Source: Plasmodiophora brassicae
Taxonomy: Eukaryota
Assembly: GCA_036867785.1 (NCBI GenBank)
Contig: CP145416.1
Span: 1,302,001-1,366,000 of the forward strand
Reading direction: 5' to 3'
DNA length: 64,000 bases
Shown: piece by piece, positions 35,778-50,850 of the stretch
Numbering within the stretch: the first letter of the stretch is position 1
Layout of the letters: each line of letters starts with the position of its first letter
The notes under the pieces: model-generated
Database searches by the model: none
What the model was told of the DNA's origin: nothing
What the model saw: the letters and a program-made list of their open reading frames with translations, nothing else
Position numbers and translations under genes: made by a program

Positions 35778-37559
35778 CTAGCTCGCCTGCTTCCAGGCGG
35801 GCAGCGCACGAGACCCTGGGCCTGCACGACGTCGTTCAGAGCGGCACAGACGCGAGAAGCGCATCAGGCAGTGGAGCCGGGTACCCGTGTACAGCGATGA
35901 CGGGCGGATCAGCTTGCCAGCGGCGCGCTCTTCCAGGATGTGAGCCGCCCAGCCGGCTGTCCTGGCAATGACGAACACGGGCGTGAAGAACGGCGTCGGC
36001 AGGCCGCACTAGGTCGGACGTCAACAACGGCAGACGACGGACGCGACACACCACCAAACGGGTACCATGTTGTAGGCGGACGCCGTGTAGAAGTCGAGGT
36101 TAGGCGGGATCTTCTTCTCCTCCAGCATCAACTGAAACCATGTGGGCGCGTGAGACCTGCGCCCAAGGGCGGGCCTGCGCTAACCCAGACCTTTTCGATG
36201 CGCTGCGAGATGGCGTACAGGTCTGGCCGGCCACCTTCCGCTTTCGACAGCTTCTCCGAGCACGCCTTGATGATGTCGCTGCGAGGGTCGCGTTTCTGCG
36301 CACGACCGTCAGTCGAGCGTCACACCACCCAGGTCGCCCAGGCGGCCAAACCTTGTAGATCCGGTGGCCGAACCCCATGATCAGCTCTTTGTTTGCCAGC
36401 TTCTTCCGCATGCCACCCTCGATGTCGTCGTCAACTTTGAACTGCGAGATGAGCTCCATGGCAGCTTCGTTGGCACCCCCTGCGCGCACACATGCACTTG
36501 CCTTGGACGCAGGCCAGGGCATCCATATGCGACCAGGGCGTACCGTGCAACGTCCCTCGGAGCGTTCCGATCGCGGAGCAGACCGCCGAATAGACGTCGG
36601 ACCTCGTACTAGTCGTGACACGGGAGGCGAACGTGCTGGCGGCGAATCCGTGTTCCTGCCGAGACGCCGGTCAGTCAACCGGTGGCCGGAGCGGCGGGGG
36701 CAGCGTCACTGACCGCGTACAGGATCAGCGACAGGTCAACCGTCTGGACCTTGTCCGGGCTGATGCTGTCCGTCTGGAGCAAGTTGCGAAGGAAATGGGC
36801 GGCAATGGACTCGTCATCGCTCCCGGCCGTGTCGATGCGCTTCCCGGACGTGTGGAACGCATGCCAGTAGCACAGCGCCGGGCCGAACCCGGCGATCAGC
36901 GACGTGAACGCGTCATCGGTTGACACGCTTGTCGGACTGCCCGGCCAGGTCGTCATCAGTACCCGCAACGACAAGAAACAGCGGGCAGCGGCAGGCGGTA
37001 CCTCGACTGTTCGCCGCCGTTCGACAGGTAGCCGGTCTCGGGGCGCAGGCATCCCAGCATGGAACAGGTCGACCGTAGAACGTCCATGGGGTTGGCGGAC
37101 AACGGTATGTGTTCGAGCATGACGCGGACGGCCTTGGGGATGACGCGGTACTCGTTGAGGCGGGCCCGATACGACTTCAGCTGCGCCGGCGTCGGCAGGT
37201 CCCCGTAGATCAGCAGGTAGGCGACCTCCTCGAACTCGCAGGCGCGGCACAGGTCCTCGATGCTGTACCCTGTACCAAGGGCAGGGCTGTCGTCAGCCGC
37301 GGCGGCTGCTATGCACACCGCAGCGTACCTCGGTAGTGCAGGCCGTCGCCGCCCATCCCGACGGTGCATACCTTCGTCTCGCCCGCAATCACGCCAGCCA
37401 AGCCTACACACCGCCGTCAGCGACGGACACGGCCGGTACGACCTGAACAAGACAGCCCCGCGGAACGGCACCTTTCGAATACGACTTGGCCGGCGCAGCG
37501 GACCCTGCTGCCGACAGGCACCGGACGGGACCGCACCGAGCCAGGACGCGTCGCCACAT
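35778..37559 (-). CDS. prpC: Mitochondrial 2-methylcitrate/citrate synthase (PrpC-like), multi-exon
   Basis: Presequence [86 protein letters not shown]. Confidence 0.88.
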
Positions 37560-37980
37560 GGCAATGGATCGCGGGCCGAACGACAAAATGTGCCCCCAGC
37601 GGGGAGGAGGTCTCTCGAAAAAAGGGGGGGGACCGCGTCACCACGCGACCCCCCGGTCACATCATCGGCCGTCACCGTCACCGTCCGGCGCTGAATTCCC
37701 CACAAACACGGCAACCGGCTGTTTGCTGCTGCTGCTGCTGCTGCCCCGTGACGGCGCACTTGTACCATCCATGTTGGTGCGCGACAGGCCAGGACTGCCG
37801 CCGATGCAGTCATGCAGGTGCGTGCGCCGTGCCAGTGTGATGGTCGCGCTGCAGTTGCGGGGTTTTTGGTGGCGGGCGCGGCAGGTCCGGGTCCGGGTCC
37901 GGGCCCCCCTCGCCCAGGCGAGAGAGCGCAGCGCGTGCGGCGACCCGTTCAGCTCAGTTGGCCGACGAAGCGCACCGGTG

Positions 37981-39775
<1,795 letters not shown>

Positions 39776-39967
39776 TGATACGTCGGCGGCTCAGTATACA
39801 TATAGGAATTACCTGAGCAACGCGTCGCCCGTTTCGTGTCAGGTCTGGGGAATGGGACAGTACGAGGAAATGTAATGATTTCGTGGTCGTGCGGTCGTTA
39901 GTGCAGCATTGCCCTTTCGCTGGCAAGAATATCTACGCGTCCGAATGCGCGGTGGTGACGTCCGCGT

Positions 39968-40903
39968 TCAGCCGGATGCGTCCACGTCCTCGACGGTGAC
40001 ATCCTTATTCTGCTCGTCCTGGCTGTCTTGCGTCCACAGGGTTAGGTTATCACGCAGGAGCTGCATGATCAGGGTGCTGTCCTTGTACGATGCGTCGTCG
40101 AGCGTGTCCAGCTTGGCGATCGCATCATCGAACGCAGTCTTGGCCAGTTCGCAGGCCTTCGCCGGCTCCTTGAGGATCTCGTAGTAGCACACGGAGAAGT
40201 TCAGCGCGAGACCCAGGCGGATCGGGTGCGTCGGGGGCAGGGCCTTCCCCGACGAATCGTCGACGGCGATCTTGAACGCCTCCTCGTAGTTATCCTTGGC
40301 CTTGTTCGCCTGTTCTTGCGCGCTCTGGAATTCCGCCAGGTAGCGGTAGTAGTCGCCGGCCATCTTCAGGTAGAACACCTGCGATTCCGTATCACCTGCA
40401 ACGGGCAGCCGGCGTCGTCAGCAAAAGTGCCCCCTGAATCAAACGACGGCCGAATCGTGGGATGTGCCGAAAACATGCGCGCACCTGAGCCCCTGGCGTT
40501 TGGAATCAGCGCATCGTGGAGAAGCTTGAGGACCTCTTTGCAGATGGCGGACAGCTCATCCTCCACTTGTCTGCGGTACTTCTGGACGAGATCCTGGGGG
40601 GCAAACATATAAGTGGCCGTGGGGTCGCGACCGTGCGACGACGCCGGGTACCGTGTTCTTGTGCTCCTCCACGTTCAGTGTGCGCCAGGACGCGCGGCGC
40701 GCTCCGATGACGTTCTTGTAGGCGACGGAGAGCAGGTTGCGCTCCTCGATGGACAGTTCGTCGCTTCCAACCGAGGCCACGAGCTGCTTCATGAACTTGC
40801 ACATGTCGTCATATCGCTCGGCGGATTCGGCCGTCCTCGCCATCATCTTCAGCTGGTCGCGGGTCAGCGGCCCGAAATCGGCCAGCGAGAACTGCTCAGT
40901 CAT
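39968..40903 (-). CDS. 14-3-3 protein, 3 coding exons
   Basis: [72 protein letters not shown]. Confidence 0.98.
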
Positions 40904-42339
40904 CGTGCCTGGACCCGTCTTGACGATAGCCTGCCGGCGACCTGTGGGCACAGAGCACAACCGTCGACGTTAGCGGATCGGCCGAGCGCCCACCACGACC
41001 GGACGACACACACACGACCAACCTTGACCAAACTGACAATGCGCACGCCGCAACCAACTGGGTACGACGCTTTTTTGGACGGCAATACATCGGACACGTG
41101 CAGCGCGCAGCCCGGCCGCCTCCGCCCGCTGCTGGGCCGGACTGCCCCCGATCGACAGTCGCAGGTACAGCTGCCTGCCGGCCCCGGTTTCGGAAACTTG
41201 CTATATACGTGTGTGTGTGTGTACGTATACTGAGTAGCTGTCGGCAATGTGTGACCTGGTCTCCTGCCACGTGCAGGGCGCGGAAACCTCTGCCGTAGAC
41301 CAAGCCAGCTGAGTTTGCACTGGTTGCGCCAATACACCGGTGGTACGTACGCGAACCCGTCCGCGTGCACGCTCGCATGCCGAAACCTCGATAGGCGACC
41401 GTTGCAATGAGTTCCTTTGCAGGACGTCGTGGCATGTCCTGTCGTTATCGCCGACGTGTCCGTCGGGTCATGAGTCTTCCTCATCCCCGACGCGCCCCGT
41501 TGGCGAGTCACACCTTGGAACGGGCGATCAATGAGCACTTGAGCGCAACATATTGACGGTTTTACTCCCGCAGCATTCCTGTCGGGTCAATGGTCCCTGG
41601 CAGGCGACGGCGGTACGGAGGCGACGGTATTGTCCATACTCGATTGCATCATCGGCCCAAGTTCATCGGGGCCATCAATCTCGACACACTGCCGATTGAG
41701 ACCGGCCTGTTCGCGAACCACCAGGTGACAGCGGTCGCGACACTGCAGCTGAGAGATTCAGGGAGCGCGCCGAGCCTTGTCCCTGGTTAGGCGCCCTGGC
41801 CACAAGGGCGTCCCTAGCTGTTTGACACAACACGGTCTGACGCTGCCGAAGCAGTGACTGTCGTTGTTGTGTGCTGGCTATGACGACTATTTCGTGCAAG
41901 ACATCCCAAGGGACGGAATTGCTCACTTCCAGCAGGTACTGGAAACGAAGGCCCAGCCGCAGCAAGACCGCGACCGGAAACGTTGGCTGCTGGGACCATG
42001 GTTTCTGGGCGGCTTCATGAATTGTCCTGCGGGAGCAGCCGGCGGCAGATGATTGGCAACTACAATTCTGCAACGCTGTGCAGGTTCATGCATCGTTTCA
42101 GGCTGCCAACCCAACCGTCGCAGGTGACGGTGATGGCAAACATGGCCCCACCGGCAATTTTCGCCGCCAACGGAGACGTATCTGTTGGGGAACATTGTGT
42201 CCCGAACGAGGGCAACGTTCTGCTGCCTTAATCGGGCATGGGTTTCTCGGTCTATGTAGCTTCTGGGTACCGCAGGGATGTTGGCAGGTGCCTAAGGAGC
42301 GGAGAGCGTCTGGGCGCTGTTTACCTAAACGCGATGGCA

Positions 42340-44153
42340 CTAGGACATTGCCGGCGCGGGATTGTCGACTTGAATGTTGCGATCGACCTCGAGCGCTTGC
42401 GTCATGGCGTTGTACCTGACCTGGAACGGGCGCGGCAGCGAATCAGCAAAGTCGCGCATCTTGGCAGTCGCGTCGTCGAAGCTGCTGGCTAAGAAGTAGG
42501 TCGGCTGGTACTGTCAGGCACGTCATGTGAACCACACGACGAAGCACGCGCCAAACGTGTTGCGCCGACCGTTGTGATAGGATACTCGGTCTGGGCGGCA
42601 ACGTACGGATCCCATGGTAGAATGGCCGGCTTGTCGGACATGGCGTACTCCAGCTCGCCGAACGAGCTCAGGAGGCCTGCACCGTATGCTTTGCGCTGCC
42701 CATCCTGCTGACAGAGGCCAAATTCGACTAGCGACCATATCAGCCTGGGTAATCAGCAACATGCGATCGACAGCGTCAGCGAATGTGGAGACCTGTGAAC
42801 CAGTAGCACCGGGCCAGCATGGTGATCTGCTCCTCGCTGGCGCCGATCGACGCCATACCGATCTCTTGCGAGAAATCAGCAAACGCGGCATTGGCGAACA
42901 TTGGCGCATGCCTGGGCAAGCAGTCAGGACGAGAGCAACAATGTGTACGGCGATGAGGCCGGAGCCCACACGACGGGCCAGTCTTCGTATGGCGCAGCAC
43001 GTACCCCATGAGTTCGTGGACGACATCAGGTTCCGGTGTGTACCTTGAACAACGGCACGATTAGCAGGCGGGAAACCGACGACGACGCTCGACGTACAGT
43101 GGCTTGCTGTGATGCCGGATATACTGTGTCGAGTAGAACACCCGGAAGGCGAGGCCGCTGAAGAAATCACGCGGGGACAGCAGGCCGGCGACCGGGCGCA
43201 ACCGGAACCCGGTCCGTTTCTGCAGGAACTGGGAGATGTCCTCGAGCTGGGGGATGGAATCTCGCGCGTACCCGCATTGCGCTTCCATCCCATCCAGGAT
43301 ATCAGTGTACTCTTCGCAGGCGTGCTGCTGCAGAAGCGGGCGAAGCTTGTCCCAGACTGGCAGACACTCAACCGTCACAATCGGCCCATTCGCAGGGACA
43401 GGGTATGCGACGAATGCGATCACCTAGACCCCAGGTGCCGACCTCCTCCTGGCTGTAGTCGATACGGGCGATCGGCTCACCACTGCGACTGGCGTCAGCA
43501 CCGCGAACTAGCCGTACGAGGGACGATGTGTGTGGTACTGCTTGTAGGCGGCGGCCGCCTGGGTGATGCGGGCGCGCCGGTCACGGTAGGCCTGGTCGTG
43601 GAACCCCGGATGGTCGGATTCCAGCTCGTCTCCCGCGTCCAGCACCGTCTGCACAATCAGGTCCATATCGGTGACCCGCCTGGGAAACCACGGCACTGGG
43701 AACAGGGTCGAAGGTCAACGACGGACCAGCCACCGTGGACGACCAGATGGCATACCCTTGCGGCCCCCGATCAACATGACGGACCGACAGCAGGACTTCA
43801 AGTCGGCGACGAGCTTCTTCACGCGGTCGTCCTTGGCGTCGCCGTCAAAGTCGACATAAAACTGTACAAATCGTGGGCGCGCTCAGTGCCCGACACGCAG
43901 CGAATCGGCGCGGCACGCCAGAGCCACTGCCTACGTCGTAGTCGTTGGTGAATTTACTGGGCCTGCTCTCGATGCGCGTCATATTCACGTCGTTCTTCCA
44001 GAAGAATTGCAGGGCGGTCTGCAGGGCGCCCGGCCGGTCGCTGACGCTGAACACGGCCGACACCTTGCCGATGTCGGCACTGCCGCCCAGGGTAGCGGCT
44101 AGGCGGGCGCCCCGCCCCCATGCCATCGAAGGCAGCCGCCAGCCGGGACGCAT
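42340..44153 (-). CDS. PAH: Phenylalanine-4-hydroxylase (ACT + catalytic domain), multi-exon
   Basis: [80 protein letters not shown]. Confidence 0.95.
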
Positions 44154-44670
44154 GATCTGGTCGGGGCTCGCGACAGGGTGAGACCCCCGACGATGTTCGT
44201 TCGAAAACAACAAGACACGCGTGCGATGGGCCGAAGTTGACTGAGTAAAGATACCTAGCTCGGCCACGACAGCGTTTTTTTTTATGTGGCCGTTGGGTGA
44301 GCGCCCCCTCCTGCCTGGCCCGCCCCCGCACCGCCACCAGCGAACGCATACAGTTATTCGCAGGCAGACGTACTCTGGTGTCGACGGCCCGTGAAACGGC
44401 ACACACGGCAATGACAGCCCCCCTCCGCACCATTGTGCTCGCACTGTCCTCTTATCCCGCTGGGCGCAGGACGAACGTGTCGAGTGCGCGCGCAGAGACA
44501 CGCGGGACCCGCGCGATGATGTCGGTGGCCTCAACGTTAACGCATGCCCGCGTCCGTAAGGTACTTGCACATGTATCCTAGTAGGTAAAGTAGCCGGATG
44601 CCGTTTGCACAATGAATGCACACACAGACACACCGCGGGCCAACGACTAGCGAGGCGACCAGGTCGGTGA

Positions 44671-46348
44671 TCACCTGCGCGCGAGGAGGCGGATGGACGA
44701 GGTCGCTAGCGTCGACATGAGATGCCTGGAGACGTTGACGTTGCGCCCGGACAGGGACGCGTTCTTGTAGGCCGGCCATTTGCTGTGGAACGGGTCTGCG
44801 ATGCCAAACCGTTTCATGAAGGTGTACGTCTGCGGGTTCAACTCCAGCGCTGCGCCAAACCCAGGGATCAGACAATGCGGCTGCCAGCAGGACGGACGAC
44901 GCCTACGGGCCGGTAGCGGTTCGACAGTGGACAGCTGGCGGCGACGCCTGCCGGGCGTATACGGGGGGACCGTCGCCGTGAAGTTGGCCGGAACGGGCGG
45001 CTCATCTCCAAACTCGTTCCGAATGCGTTGCGTCTCCTGCGACATTGTCAGCATTTCGAGACGGGAGAGGGGTATGGCCGATACTGGTGAACCTCTGCGA
45101 TAGCATCGGGCGACACGACCTCGTCGCTGAGGAGCGGGGCAATCGCGTCTACAGAGAGGTGCGGGGCGGTTAATCGTTGGATAGCGAGCCACTCGGGATC
45201 GTAGCACAACGGGGCATCAGACGGAGCGTCGACGGGAACCGGATGCATGTCCATGAACTTGCGATTCGGGCCCGGCTTGTCATACGACATAAACGACGTG
45301 ACACGGTCGCCGTGAGGGACGCGCGCGTCGAACCGGCAATGCAGGTGGGCACTGAACCAGTAGTTGGGCTGCAGGCGGTCCATGATGTCAGGAAGGTACG
45401 GGTTGCCGAGGACCCCGGTCGCAATGTCCTTCTCCAGGTGCGGCTTCTTGGCGATCAACGCGGCACGATCCCCCCACTGGGTCACCCGCTGCGGCCAGTC
45501 GTGGGACATGAACACGTCGACGGTGCCCGTCAACTGCTGGAGCACTCAGCCCGGGCAACGTGAGGAAAAGGGGGGACGCATGCCGGACCTGCATGAGCTT
45601 GAAGATTTCACATTGACGCGTGTGGTAGATCGAACGGATATGCCTGCCCTGGAGCGGGAAGTCCTCATGGTACCCGGCATTGAAGTTGTCGGGATAGTAG
45701 ACGCCCGAGATGCCGGCGATGCGTAGGCCTCGATATCGTACACACCCGGAATTCCCCAAGTAGTACATGTTGGGGGCGACCCAACCGCCAAAGTACCTAT
45801 CATCACGGCGCACGAAGCGCATGAGCAGATCGCAGGCCGACGGGCCGCCAGGCGCGGGTACAGTTCGAAATTGTAGTTGGACGCCTCGTGGTTGCCCTGG
45901 TATCAGATAGCCAACCAGTTAGTTCGTCGGCTGTGCAGGAGGCGAGACGGCACCGACCCCGATGAGAATCGTCAGAACGGGAGCTGTCCGTTGCCCCGAA
46001 TAGTACCTGCGAGAAGCGATGCACGGCTGGGTGACTGACTCGCAGTGCCGACCAACGGAGCGCACACATACTTGTAGAACGAATGCATGTCCCGATACTT
46101 CTCGGGGCAGGACATCTGCTGCAAGTCGCCCGGGGTCCGGCAGGCCTGAAAGTCGCCACACACCTAAACAGCAACCACCGCCTGCATCAGCGTGCTGACA
46201 GGCGCCCCCGCTAGATGGGTCGGACGAGAAGCAGGTCGGCCTGTTGTTCGCGTCGTTCCTCGATCTGGGCGAGGCGCTCGTAGACGCGGTCCAGCTCGCC
46301 GTGCACGCACCCGGTGACGCCGACCTGCAATACGCCGGCGCCGTCCAT
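44671..46348 (-). CDS. DBR1: RNA lariat debranching enzyme, canonical copy (A), multi-exon
   Basis: All metal-binding and catalytic motifs present after splicing: [31 protein letters not shown]; also YDPEWLAI and LNPQT. Confidence 0.93.
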
Positions 46349-46577
46349 CGTCAAACGCCAATCGTGTAGCAGCTGCACTATTAACAGCCCTGAGCCGCTC
46401 GGGGCCTTCGCAGAAAGACGACGACGACTATGACCCTGATCGTTTCGACGACGCTGGTTATCCACCCATGTCTTTACGATAATTTTAGTCGCGCGCGCGC
46501 TGCAGACCGAATAAACAGCCGGCATCGAGGCCGCCATTGCGTCTGGTGTGGTCTGGCCGGTGCCGATGGGCGCTGCT

Positions 46578-48460
46578 CTAGAATTCGCTGTCGTTGTGCG
46601 TCATGGCCTCGTCCCAGTCGAGCAGAGCGTTCATCATGCCGCCGGGCCTCTGGACGTACTTCTTCTTGAGTTCTTCCAGCTTCTTGGCGTCCATGGGTGT
46701 CGCACTGCGGTACTGTAAGGGGATCTCGGGATCGACATCGGGGACCAGTTCAGCCAACGGCGGCGGTGGTGCCGGCCCCATATTGTCAAACAGCGGTTCA
46801 GACGGTATCGACTGTTTCACAGGCCTTGGTGTCACATTCGTGATGTCTCGCTTGTCGGAGAAAGGGTCGTCGACGTTGAGTCGGGCCAGGAGCGACGCCG
46901 TCTGGGGCAGCAGTTCCAGCTTCAGCTGTTCCCAGAGCGCACGCCGTTTCGTGGGCAACGTCTGCAACGCGACAATGAGCGAACAGATGTCGAACAGCAA
47001 ACGCATCGACAGTCATACGAGGCGCATGTGCTGGATGGTCTTATACGGCATCACAGTCTTGTCGCAGACTAGCGGTATTCGAAAGTCCCCGTCGAACTCC
47101 TCGTGAATGTTCTCCACTTCCTACCCGCGTTGTCATGTCACAATGGGACCCCCACGGCACAGCCAGCCAGGCGCGATCCGCAAATCTCTACCTGGCGAAT
47201 GAGGTCGGGGTTGAGCTGATCGTCAGTGATTCGAGGACAGTTGATTTTCTTGGACGACAGAAGTGGAGTCGTCAGTCGCAGGATCGCAAGCCATTCCGGA
47301 TCATAGCGCAGGACGGGGTCGCCACTGAATGGCACCTGGGCGGCACGTCAGGATTGTGAGCAGGCGCGGAGCACACAGCAGGTCGTCGTGCAGCGCACCT
47401 CAATAATTTCGAACGAGTCCTCCTGCTTCTCCACTTTAGGCAACGAATGAAAGATGGTCTGCTCGCCGTCGTCATGCATGTAGCAACCCCGCGCCCTTGT
47501 GTGAAACGCTCCCGACACCCAGAATGCTGGTTTATGCTTGTGCAGCAGCTCTAGTGCCATGCAGTACACCGTCAGGCAAGACTGATAAACGCCATCACAC
47601 ACACACACACATACGATCGAAATGAGGATTGCCCAGCTTGTTCGCTTCGGCTTTGGCTCCCAGGCTCGGCCGGTGTTGGAAGACGGCCTCCTTCTCCTCG
47701 ATGCACCCAATAATGGCACTGGGCCACTCATATGACATGAACAGGTCGATCTTGCCGGATAGGGCCAGGCCTTTCGACACCTCGTAATGTCTGGTGGCCG
47801 GGAAATCCTTGACGTCCGATTTGGACAGCGGGAACGCCTCATGGTACCCGCGATCGTACTGGACCGGGTTGTACATTCCGCCGACGCCAGCGATCCGCAA
47901 ATTGCCGAACTGGACACAGCCTGAGCTGCCCAGGTAATAGATCATGGGCGCGATAAACCCGCCCCAGTACCTGAACACGAACGATCGTAAGCCACATGGG
48001 ACGCGCGTCTGCGACGCGTTGCTACGACATTTCGAACAGGTAATTCGATGCCTCGTGTGACCCGCCGATCACAATGGCCGGCATCTTTGGCCGGATTTCC
48101 GATTTGTAGAACTTGTAGAACGACTGCCTGGGAGCACGCGCCAGAACTATTAGTATACGAGCGGGGCCATACACGGCACAGACGCCAACCCACTTGGACG
48201 TATACCGATCCGGTCTGTGCACCTGCAGCAGGTCCGTTCGGTTACGCGCTGCGAGAAACGACCCACAGAACTGAGGCACAATCGTGGGCGGGTGTCAGTA
48301 GAGGCAGACGGGCAATGGGTCGTCATCACTGTACGAGGAGAAGATGCACGCGGCGACGATGCCGTTGTTCGTACTTCAGAATGCGGTTGTAGACGCGTTC
48401 GATCTCACCGTGGCACTGCCCGATGACCGCAATCCGCAGCTTGTCGAGGGGCCTGCGCAT
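46578..48460 (-). CDS. DBR1 paralog B, predicted catalytically inactive, multi-exon
   Basis: Colinear with DBR1 but motifs read GQCHG, CGSF, GGSHEASNY, SYEWP, WVSGAFH. Retains YDPEWLAI; the 5' splice junctions checked keep frame. Confidence 0.85.
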
Positions 48461-48681
48461 CGCGACGGCCGCCGCCTTCGGGTTCGGCAGCGGTGCGGCA
48501 CGTGGCAGTCCACAGTAGGTACCGGGTTAGGAAGGCGGGGCGGGGCTTGCGCGCCTAGGTATGATAGGTATGCGCGACTGGTGCACGCAGTGGGAAGCTG
48601 CAGCCGCGCGCGGCCGGCACGGACTGCGCCAAACGCACACGACGACGGGCCCGCCTGCTCGCCCCGCACTCGTCAGGACCA

Positions 48682-50370
48682 ATGCTGATCGCCGTCGCCG
48701 GCAATGTCCATGGCGAGTTCTACCATGTGCACAAGGCGCTGCTGAAGCGCAAGAAGATCGTCGGCGACACCGTCGACCTGCTCATCGTAAGTCCCGGAGC
48801 TGGCGCTGCCCCAAGGACGTTGCATTGCAAACTGATCTGGGCGGGCGGGGTCCTTCCCCCGATAGGTCTGCGGCAACATGCTGGCGGCGCGCAACGCCTC
48901 CGATCTGACCCAGGTCGTCATGCCCGATCGCTACCAATCGCGTCACTCCTTCTACAAGTGCGTCTTTCGAACGTTTGCGTTGATGCGCCGGGTCCCTGAC
49001 GGCTGACGTTTGCCGCCCAGGTATTACACGCGGGAACTGATGGCCCCGACCAATGTCCTGTTCATTGGCGGGGAGCAGGAGGCGTACAACTTCCTGATGG
49101 AGATGTACTTCGGGGGATGGGTCGCCCCGCGCGTCTTCTACATGGGCCATGCGGGCTGCGTCCAGTACGGCGGCCTGCGTATCGCCGGCATCTCGGGCGT
49201 GTTCGACGAACGCCACTACGAGTCGGGATACTTCGAGTCGTACCCGCTGGTCAACGACGATATCGAGACGGCAACGTACACGCGACGAATGGAGATGCAG
49301 AAGCTGATGTCATTGTCGGGCCAGGCCGACATTGTCCTGTCGCATGACTGGCCGCGGGGCATCCTGCAGTACGGTGACGATGAGGTCCTGATCAACCATC
49401 GACCCCAGCTGGCGAAGCAGATTGCGGCGGACGCGTTTGGCAACCCGCACCTGGACGACCTGATGACGCACCTGAGACCCGGTCACTGGTTCTCGGCCCG
49501 TTGGCAACTCAAGTGGAGCGCCGCATGGCGACACGCGAACGGCCAGCAGACCTTGTTCTACTCGGCACCAAAGACCTGCCGCCGGAAGGACTTCCTGCAG
49601 TACTTTGACATACCGTCCAAGAACGATGACCGCGACATCCAGTTCGATCCGGAATGGCTGGCCATAACGCGACTCAGCTCGCCTTTGCTGTCGTGTGACC
49701 CTGCATCGCAGCCGATCGAATTGACATCGGAAGCCATCCAAGCCGTGCGTCTTCGTGCAGCATGGCCTGTCGAATGTCGCCTCGTTGTGCTGACGTGGTG
49801 ATGGATGGCAGGAAACCGACGTGGTGCGCGCCGAACTGAACGACCAACTCAAGGTGCCGCTCGAGTTCGAACGTACCGTCAAACCGCACAAGTTCAACCA
49901 CGCGCGTATGGTCTGCAAGCCGAAGCGACGCATGGATTACCTGGAACGTACCAGTAAGCACCACGTTTCCCGCGTGCATCGTCTGTCGCGACGCCCGGTG
50001 GTCTGACACCTGTTTGGTCACAGCCCTACAGCTGAACCCGTACACGTCCCACTTCATGGAGCGGATGCGAATCGCCGATCCGTTTGTTGACAAGCGCAAT
50101 CGGACGGTAGAGCGGAAGGTGGAGCCGAAGAACCGCCTGTCAAAGGAGGAGAAGATGGCAATGAAGATCGCGCCGTACGACGAACGGTTCTGTTTTGAGA
50201 ACGGGAAAATGCCGTTCGAGAACGGCGACCTGCTGGGCTTGAATCCGACTTCGACGCCTGCGTTCCGAATGCCGGCAGCAACGAGCCTGCGGCTCGACCG
50301 CTTCCGTCAATCGCGGGTGATGTCGACTCTGGCCACGTCAGCAATGAGCGTTGTACGACGTGTTCGCTAG
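48682..50370 (+). CDS. DBR1 paralog C, predicted catalytically inactive, multi-exon
   Basis: Motifs read GNVHG, CGNM, GGEQEAYNF, SHDWP, WFSARWQ. Retains [24 protein letters not shown] and LNPYT. Confidence 0.87.
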
Positions 50371-50850
50371 GTTTGGGCATCCAGCCGATGGCATAAACAT
50401 ATACGTACGATGTATTTCCGTGGCAGAGCGTCCGCTACTTCGTTATGGGCGACTGGCTGGTCCTGCGGATCGGGTCGCATGACACACCGATCTATGGGGA
50501 ACATGCGCGGCCGCAGGGTCCAGGAAAGATGCCGCAACGGGCCAGGCTCTGGCCGAATGAAGCCATTCAATGCCGTCGGTGCGTGGCACCCCCAATTGAG
50601 GTCGTCACGAGCCAGAGCGTTCCTGCAGGTGGTCTGGAATATTCTGGGACGCCCTAGCGGCCAATCGGCCCTGCCGTATTACAGGCCAGGGCCACATTGT
50701 AGTAACAGACGAACCCTTGCCCATTTCTGTGTCGTCGTCGTTCGGCAACCCCTCGTCGGCGACGTTGATCCGGAGTCGTAGCACAGCGCCGTCTCCCGCC
50801 CGCCCACCAGAACGGCCCATCGATCGCAACGTGAACCGCGCCGCCAACTG

